Made by a program: the position numbers and the translations under genes. A stretch of DNA of 64,000 nucleotides, taken from positions 78,430,001-78,494,000 of the forward strand of contig OX597826.1 of the NCBI GenBank assembly GCA_951406725.2, given 5' to 3'. Positions 56,351 to 64,000 of this stretch are shown here, in pieces (the stretch's first letter is position 1; every line of letters starts with the position of its first letter). The notes below the pieces were generated by a model, which was not told where the DNA came from, made no database searches, and worked only from the letters and a program-made list of their open reading frames with translations. This DNA comes from Octopus vulgaris. Lineage: Eukaryota.

Positions 56351-56738
56351 GTATATATATATTCATGCATGTATACATACATACATACATACCTACATAC
56401 ATACATACATACCTACATACATACATACATACATACATGCATGCATACATACGTACGTACGTAGGTAGTCAAACACACAAACGTGCAAGCTTGTCGACAA
56501 AGTGCTATGGGTGATAAGTAGGATGGATAGAGAAGCGAGAGTGGAAAAGGCAGCTGTCATTGGTCAATAAAAATATCGACGGAATCGCTTTAATTACGAA
56601 GTGTCCTGTTCAAACTTGTCTTCGATATATTTGCGGTGTCTGGGCACACTTCGGCTCGCTCACACGCGCACATCTACACAAACACACACACACACACACA
56701 CATACACACAGACACGCACACACATACACGCACACACA

Positions 56739-56804
<66 letters not shown>

Positions 56805-57199
56805 CACGTACACACGCACAGACACACACACACACGTTCACACATACACACACACGTACACGCACACACAAACACACACACACATACAAACACACACATA
56901 CACACATACACGCACACACACACATATATATACACGTACACACGCACAGACACACACACACACGTTCACACATACACACAGACACGCACACACAGACAGA
57001 CACACACACACATACACACACACACATACACACATACACGCACACACACACACACATACACACACATATATATACACGCACACACACACACACACACATA
57101 CACACACACGTACACAAGTATACAAATATAAGTATATAAACATTTACGCATGTGTGTGCGTGTGTGTGTGTGAGAAAAAGAGAGAGAGAGGAGAGAGAG

Positions 57200-57240
<41 letters not shown>

Positions 57241-57370
57241 ATAAATCTCTCTGTGTATATGTGCGTCTACGGTAATACATGTAATTTTATGTGTATGCTA
57301 AAATTCAATCTATACGTATATTTGAGCGTATAAGTAATCGAACGAGTATATTTTTGTATAAAGAATCAAA

Positions 57371-57404
<34 letters not shown>

Positions 57405-58585
57405 TATGAGGGTGTGTGTGAGTGTGTGTGTGTGTGTACGTGTGTGTGTGTGAGTTTGTGAGTGTGTGAGTGTGTGTGTGTGAGTGTGTGTGTGTGTGTG
57501 TACTAGTGTGTTTCAATACAGGCTCGTATGTGTTTGCTTGCACATATAATCATATATGTATACACCTTTACGAGCTGGTGTACATATATGTAATATATAC
57601 ATCTATACCCACCGAGCGTGTATTTATACGCATGCGCTTCGATGTCCGCGCGTATGTGTATGAACGTATGTGTGTACGTGTGTATGTGCATGCGTATACC
57701 TTTGCAGTGTATATGTGTGTGACGATGCTTCTGTTTCTGGACTTAATTGATATTTAATTAACTCCTGATGCGTAACGAAAATATGAGAGCAGAGCCTGAC
57801 AAATGAGACTCAGCTGAGTTACAGGAATAAAACAATCAAACCACAAGTCAATCAATTCAATTACCTCGATTCGATTTTTACCTTTCTTTCTTTCGTTCCT
57901 TCTTTCTTTCTCCCATCCCCTCCTCTCCCCGCTCCTCATCCCTCGTTTTTCACTTTTGTCAATAATCTTTACCTGAATCTAGCTACATTCGCTGACTCTA
58001 CATGAAATGTTAGCAGTTCTGATTAGGTGTTCTTTTGCAATTTTGCATCCTGCTTCTTCTATCCTTCCATCACGTGTAATTTCTTAAAATTCTACCAGTC
58101 GATGCAACACAAAGCCATTCCCATATTTGCTACCGCCACTCTGATTCATACTCGATATAGCTGCTCACTAAATAAACAAGCTAATGTTCGCTTATCCCTT
58201 TTTTTTTCTTTTTTAATGGCGAGGATATTATACAATCTCCTTTGATGTATGTGGCCTTTAAAAACAAAACCATCACTTGATTGCTGTTATATCATAATAT
58301 CTCAACGTAGCCCCTAAAAAGGAAGGTTCAGAATTGTTTATTCAAGTTGTGAGCAGAGAAATACGTGTTGTCAATACACGTATGAGACCAATTCAGCGAC
58401 CGTTTCTTGTGGCTCTATAGCAAACACATCAATAAATTCGTCTGGGTATGACGTAAACATGGGATTGAATTTCCATGAGAATATAATATCTAAGAATATT
58501 CTAAGTGAATCTAGTGTCGAAGCTGATTTTTGGCAGAAGCGTTAATTGTATTGATAAGAATCCTGCCACAAAAAAAAAAAAAAAC

Positions 58586-58811
58586 GGCGGTGAGCTGGCA
58601 GAGACGTTAGCACGCCGGGCGAAGTGCGTAGCCGTATTTCGCCCGTCGCTACGTTGAGTTCAAATTCCGCCGAGGTCGACTTTGCCTTTCATCATTTCGA
58701 GGTCGATAAATTAAGTACCAGTTACGCACTGGAGTCGATGTAACCGACTTAATGCGTTTCTCTGTCCTTGTTTGTCACCTCTATGTTTAGCCCCTTGTGG
58801 GTAATAAAAGA
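58586..58811 (+). mobile_element. Full-length family B (Meta-domain) SINE
   Basis: ggcggtgagctggcagagacgttagcacgccgggcg...gagttcaaattccgccgaggtcgactttgcctttcatc...gccccttgtgggtaataaa. Confidence 0.9.
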
Positions 58812-59021
58812 ACAGATAAGTATCCGGCCACAAAAATATGGTAAAATCCCAAGAATGAATTTCAACAAAAAGCTCACCTGATTCGGTAGAACAACAACGC
58901 ATTCCTCTCTAAAGCCATTTTGTATTTATTCAAATTACAGCGAGTTCCACCCTTTCATAAAACATTAACATGATATAAAGACATTTTCAGAAAGGGTCTT
59001 TCATAAAAGATACGAAACAAA

Positions 59022-59248
59022 ATATTGTGCTGAGCCAACAGTTTTGCAATATTTTCGTAATTTATTTGCTTTCTTCGTCAAGTTACTACAAAAACAGCCT
59101 AGCATTTGAAGTATAAGCCATTGTGTTGCAACATCTGAAGCCACTTTTCTGCCAGTTCTTTGATCCCACGCTGATACCAGTTCTTGTCCTTTGAGGTGAA
59201 GAACTCCTTCACCGAAGCGTCCACCTCCTCTTGATTGATGAAATTTCT
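59022..59248 (-). mobile_element. Mariner transposase C-terminal remnant (second family) with degenerate TIR
   Basis: Minus strand translates RNFINQEEVDASVKEFFTSKDKNWYQRGIKELAEKWLQMLQHNGLYFKC*, the typical mariner C-terminus (FF.SK...Y..GI..L.E.W......G.YF). Confidence 0.8.
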
Positions 59249-60413
59249 ATGCAGTGAGAGGAATAGATAAAGAATGACCCTTTTCTATCAGGGCCGACCA
59301 CAATTATATTCTGCCTTCTGAATTGATTGTAATCATACAAACATTCCCAAGTCCCCTTCAATCAACAAAGGGATCTCACCGTAGTGGCTCATTTTGCTAG
59401 AAATATGAACCAAATCTTCCTCAAATTACTCCCTGTTGTTTTCTAATTTTTAAAAAAGTGCATTGACAGCATAGTTCAAGTTATGACACACCGGAAAAAG
59501 TTGAGGTGGGCATGGTTGGAGTGTTTGTTTCATGCAAATTTTGCACGATTATGCATTTGCTCATTTACTCTTAATCATTTTAAAGGACCAAAATAATGTT
59601 TAACCAGAATGTTTTTGTCAGAGTACAATTCAGAAGATCGTGTCTATAAATTGGCTAAAAACACATCGATCCTGAACGGATAATACTTTACGAATGGCGA
59701 TTCTTTACTGGGATAGATTTGATTCAGTGCCATATTATATCTGTCAATTCGCTGTCAGAACCAAATTAGGATTTTGTAGATTACTGTGCTACATGTACCC
59801 TGAGGCCTTCAATGATATTCTTAATAACTTTTCACTTGATTTTCAGATGCCTCTCAGCTGGCAGATGACCATGGTTGCAACCTCTAAAACTCATGCCTGA
59901 ATCTAGCATTGCCTTTGGTAAGTATTTGATACAAATTCCCCACCTTTTTTTTTATTGAGAAGAACGTAACCTTAATGGATGAAAAGTATAAGATGTTGTC
60001 TCACTGATAACTTAATCATAAATTAATACACTACGTGTTCGCTTAACCTGCTAGAAATAGCCAACAAAACTGAACACAGTTCTGTATGGAATGGTACTTT
60101 GCTTCGCAACCATGTGCTTCCAGAGTCGATTTCACTGCGCAGAACCAGGGACAAATATATTCTACGGTAGTTGTGGGTTGCCATCTTGCGAAAAGAAATT
60201 GGCAAACGGGAAAACAAACAGAACGCCGAAGGGTCAAAAAATGCACGTCTTTCTAACGGAGTGAAAAACAAACCTAGGGCGGTTGTGCATATAAGTAACG
60301 TTAAAGTTGGAATTCCTAATACTTTTTCATGCCCTTAATCTTAGATGGAACTCTTAAATATTTTCATATATTTTCGTATAAGTTTTGCCCCAATCCCTTT
60401 TATAATGGTTATT

Positions 60414-60630
60414 GGAAATTTTACCATAATCATTTTGTTGTAGGAAAATTTGCCGTAAAAATATATATATTGCAAAAATAAATTAGCTGTTTTCTTAAAA
60501 TGTCAACTTCATCAACTAACCTACTAATTGCTTCCAAATGAGCTTACAGTCTGCTTGTGCCCCACCCTCTCCTGACAGTGGAATTTACTACAAATTTTCC
60601 CATACAAATATTCTTATGACGAATTTTCCA
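60414..60630. mobile_element. Old MITE-like element with degenerate 45-bp TIRs
   Basis: ggaaattttaccataat...ggaaaatttgccgtaa vs the reverse complement of ttactacaaattttccc...gacgaattttcc; 32/45 matches counted by hand. Confidence 0.45.
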
Positions 60631-61576
60631 GGCACGTTTTATATCGTATAGTTTTCATTCCACGGGTATTTGTTATAAATCTTCTGGCACCCCGAGGCGA
60701 ACAAAACTGTTGATAAAAATGTGCCGAAATCGTTGTCAACTTAATTCAAACTGCTGAGGAGACATTGCAGTCCACGTTTGTGTTTTTCTTGCCATGGGGC
60801 GTTTTACACGTCTTTTAATGCTTATGTTTTCTTCTCTTTGATTGCAACGCCACGCTGACTTTTTATCCCATGATGTTTAAATATCCCCCACAAACCGTTC
60901 TGTCGGGTCCTTTCGGCGTTCAGTTCTCTGTCTCCTCCCCCTCTCTCTCTCTCTCTTTCTCTCCCCATACTCCTCTCTCTCTCTCTCTCTCTCTCTCAAC
61001 ATTGTTCCCTCTTATTCTAACCCTTCTCTAAATGCCTTTCTGATTTCCCTGATTCTCATCCTATTCCCTATAAATGCTTCAATTATTTTTTTTATTTGGG
61101 TTCGTTTTCTATGACGTCATTCTTCGCCATATTTCTTCGTTCACAAGCAACAACCTACTACCTTTTATCCATTCGACTCCTTTATACAATCATCCTTGAA
61201 GGATTTTCACTGTTCAATATTCTTCGTCACTTTCTCTCCTGTCCTGATTTTCGTAACCATAACAGATTATTATTTTCCGTGACCATGCAGTCGGTTGACT
61301 GACTGAAAGATTTTCCCATGTCAAATTCTTTGTAAACGTTCGTATTCTTATTGTCGTTCTGCCTTGTCCGTGTCTTACTTTGGTCATTGGGTTTGACCTT
61401 TTCTCTGGGTCAATCTGGGTCAATCCTCCAGTGAAAATTAAAATCCCACCCCACACAACATTTGCAATTAATTTTGATTCTTCTTTCACTGGTGAGTCCC
61501 TCAGCCAGTAAATGTTGCGTTGTTGTTCTTGAACTTGCTTTAAGGTGAGAAAATCGATTTAACGTTGACACATACA

Positions 61577-61631
<55 letters not shown>

Positions 61632-61714
61632 CTACATACGTATATCTAGAGGTTGATAGAGTGAGATACATACATACATGCATACATACATTCATAACTA
61701 CATACATACATACA

Positions 61715-61748
<34 letters not shown>

Positions 61749-61799
61749 CATACATACATTCATATATAGATATATCAATGTATATGTGTGTGTGTCAAT

Positions 61800-61942
61800 G
61801 TTATAAGAAGCTTACTTCTCAGACACCTGGTTCCGAGTTCAGCCTCACTGCGTGGCACCTTGGGTAAGTGTCTTTTGCTATAGCCCCAGATACACCAAAG
61901 CCTTGTAAGAGGATGTCGTAGGCGAAAACTGAAAGAAGCACA

Positions 61943-61945
<3 letters not shown>
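61800..61945 (+). mobile_element. Family A SINE 5' part
   Basis: taagaagcttacttc...ggttccgagttcagcctcactgcgtggcaccttgggtaagtgtctt...aaactgaaagaagc. Confidence 0.8.
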
Positions 61946-61976
<31 letters not shown>

Positions 61977-63812
61977 ACTGTGTTTACAAATACCTATGAA
62001 CATCGGATTGGCTTTTAAGCTTGATATTAGGTTCTTCATAGAATAGAGTTAACTCTGCATCTTAAATCTACATTTTAAGGACCAATCAGAGGTAATCAAA
62101 TCTATCACTTTAAAACCGCAAATACAGATGCATTGATTTCACTGATTATATTAACCAGGTCCCTGTTTCAATTTACCGAGAATTTTACTTAGTGATAACA
62201 ATATGTGAAGGTTACTTTCCGACATCTCCAGTCTCTAACACTGATTCTATTGTCAGTTGACAATTGGAGGTTCTCACATCCGTTGCGTCCCTGATGTCCT
62301 TGAAAAACAGGATGAATGTCACCGAAACCATTTGCTTCCTTTTCCTGGCAATGTAACAGCCGTTGTTTGCCTAATCGACAAGAAAATCAAACCTATATGA
62401 TAACAATATTTTATCGAATAAATAGACACAGTTTTTGTGTCGTACAGTAGATTCAAGTAAGTATATAACGTAGCAAAACTATTTTTTATTGTTTTAAATC
62501 GATATTTGTAATGCTTTATTTCTTTCTCCACTCCTCGCCATCTTCAATATGTTATTCAGTTTTATAGCGACGAGTATTTTATTTATAAATCATACAAGGA
62601 AAATGTGTTTAAGCGCCTTCTTTGCTTTCTTTCTTTTTTTTTATTTTCCTTTTACAACGATTGCGTGATATGTTTTAGGTAGTATTATATCAAGTATGTA
62701 TATACATATATATATGCAAGTATGTATGTATGTACATTCTTATCAACCTCATTTTTTTACTCTTCTGTTCGTTATATTTTTCCCTTATACAATATATGCA
62801 ATATTTCTAAACTGCTTTTCTATTTATCAAAGACGTTTCTGTCACATATTAGCAATTTCCTTATCGTTAAGTGTGTCTAATATTTTAAATATACCTAGAT
62901 TCTTCTTTCATTTCCTAACTGTGTCTTATTTTTTCTTCTTTGTTTTTCCTTCCATTTTTTTTTCTTCTTTCAGAACCACATTCCTTCAAACACGATGAGA
63001 GAAGAAACTAACAGACGCCATAGCAGTTATTTCTTTCCGTTCATTTTTTTAACAAATTATCCTCAAGGATGGGCGCTATTATTATTTTAGTAAAGCAAAT
63101 GGGTTTCAAAGTATAGACAGACGTCTAAAGTATTATTTTCTCCTACCTCGACCCTCAACTCTATATTCTGGTACTTTCATGCCCTTTGGGACTTATTCTC
63201 TGTGGTTTAGGTCTAAATCTTTATCGAATCACAACCATTCGTCCTTTTGAGATTTATTTTGGTTTCAGTAGAGCTAAACAGATGAGAGAAGAAAGTCTCT
63301 CTTGCGTTACACACAGAGCAATCGACAGAAAACCAGACTCCACGATAAAGTAAGACACCGAATCGCACGTCTGGACAACAAGCGTTCCACCATCAGTGGT
63401 CAGTGGTAGCGAAGATATAGCAGCGATAGGACATTCGACTTCCCAGGAATAGTAGTCACATCTCCCTCATACTACACGATGCTTTTCACAAAGAAAGACA
63501 AGACGGTCACGGTTAGAATGTATTTTAGTCTTAGTTCTGCTTTTTCAGAATTGACCTAGGGATGAAGAACAGACAAATAAATAACCTTGATGCTGTATTT
63601 TGACTGTTGAAAGTTTAGTGTTTTCTTCATACACACTCACACATACAAAGATCACACACACACACACACACACTCATGCAAAACACGCAAACACGCACAG
63701 GATGACGACTGTGTATCAGAGAATATGAACTCACCACCTCTTAGTCGTTTGTCATGCACATATTTTAGATCAGATTGACTGAATTTTAAATGACTCAATG
63801 TCGTGTTTGTTG

Positions 63813-63844
<32 letters not shown>

Positions 63845-64000
63845 GGTGGAGGTTAGCTCTGTTTCGACAGAAACGTGGCTATATGATCAAACGCGTTATA
63901 GCATTGTCGCTTTTCGAAGATGCTATGGTGTAGTTTGATAGAAATTTACCTGTTACTTCTTGTTGACCGAGCAACCGCATAGAACAAGATGATTGGAATC

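Noticed and set aside
61214-61489. ORF with VVWGGILIFTGG, superficially MS4A/CD20-like
   Set aside because: Similarity is limited to ~10 residues, there is no convincing acceptor, and the rest is not membrane-like.
62974-63100. Strong acceptor-like tttttcttctttcag
   Set aside because: Lies in a generally T-rich tract; the downstream frames are short and unrecognisable, with no linked exon.

Overview
Eukaryotic, AT-rich, extremely microsatellite-dense genomic DNA. The tRNA-derived SINE families (CORE-, Meta- and V-domain-like) and the (TA)n/(CA)n/(CATA)n/(GATA)n load point to an octopus (coleoid cephalopod) genome; this is inferred from remembered repeat sequences, not from a search. Nearly all long ORFs in the six-frame track are microsatellite translation artefacts. 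No intact gene, rRNA, true tRNA or CRISPR array is supported. Recognisable content: about 25 SINE copies of 4 families, three mariner transposase remnants, a non-autonomous Helitron, RTE, Dong/R4 and Penelope retroelement remnants, a ~0.96 kb tandem duplication and several minisatellites. Most interesting leads: (1) four minimal type I hammerhead-ribozyme folds whose 3:8 tertiary pair differs between copies (G-C, U-A, C-G); (2) a phase-consistent chain of small minus-strand candidate exons over ~39 kb that could encode an ~89-aa orphan peptide or a lncRNA; (3) a ~360 bp foldback with a pre-miRNA-sized core, plus inverted SINE pairs (dsRNA/ADAR candidates); (4) clustered locally templated copy events (template switching). 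Repeat boundaries are approximate and were judged by eye.
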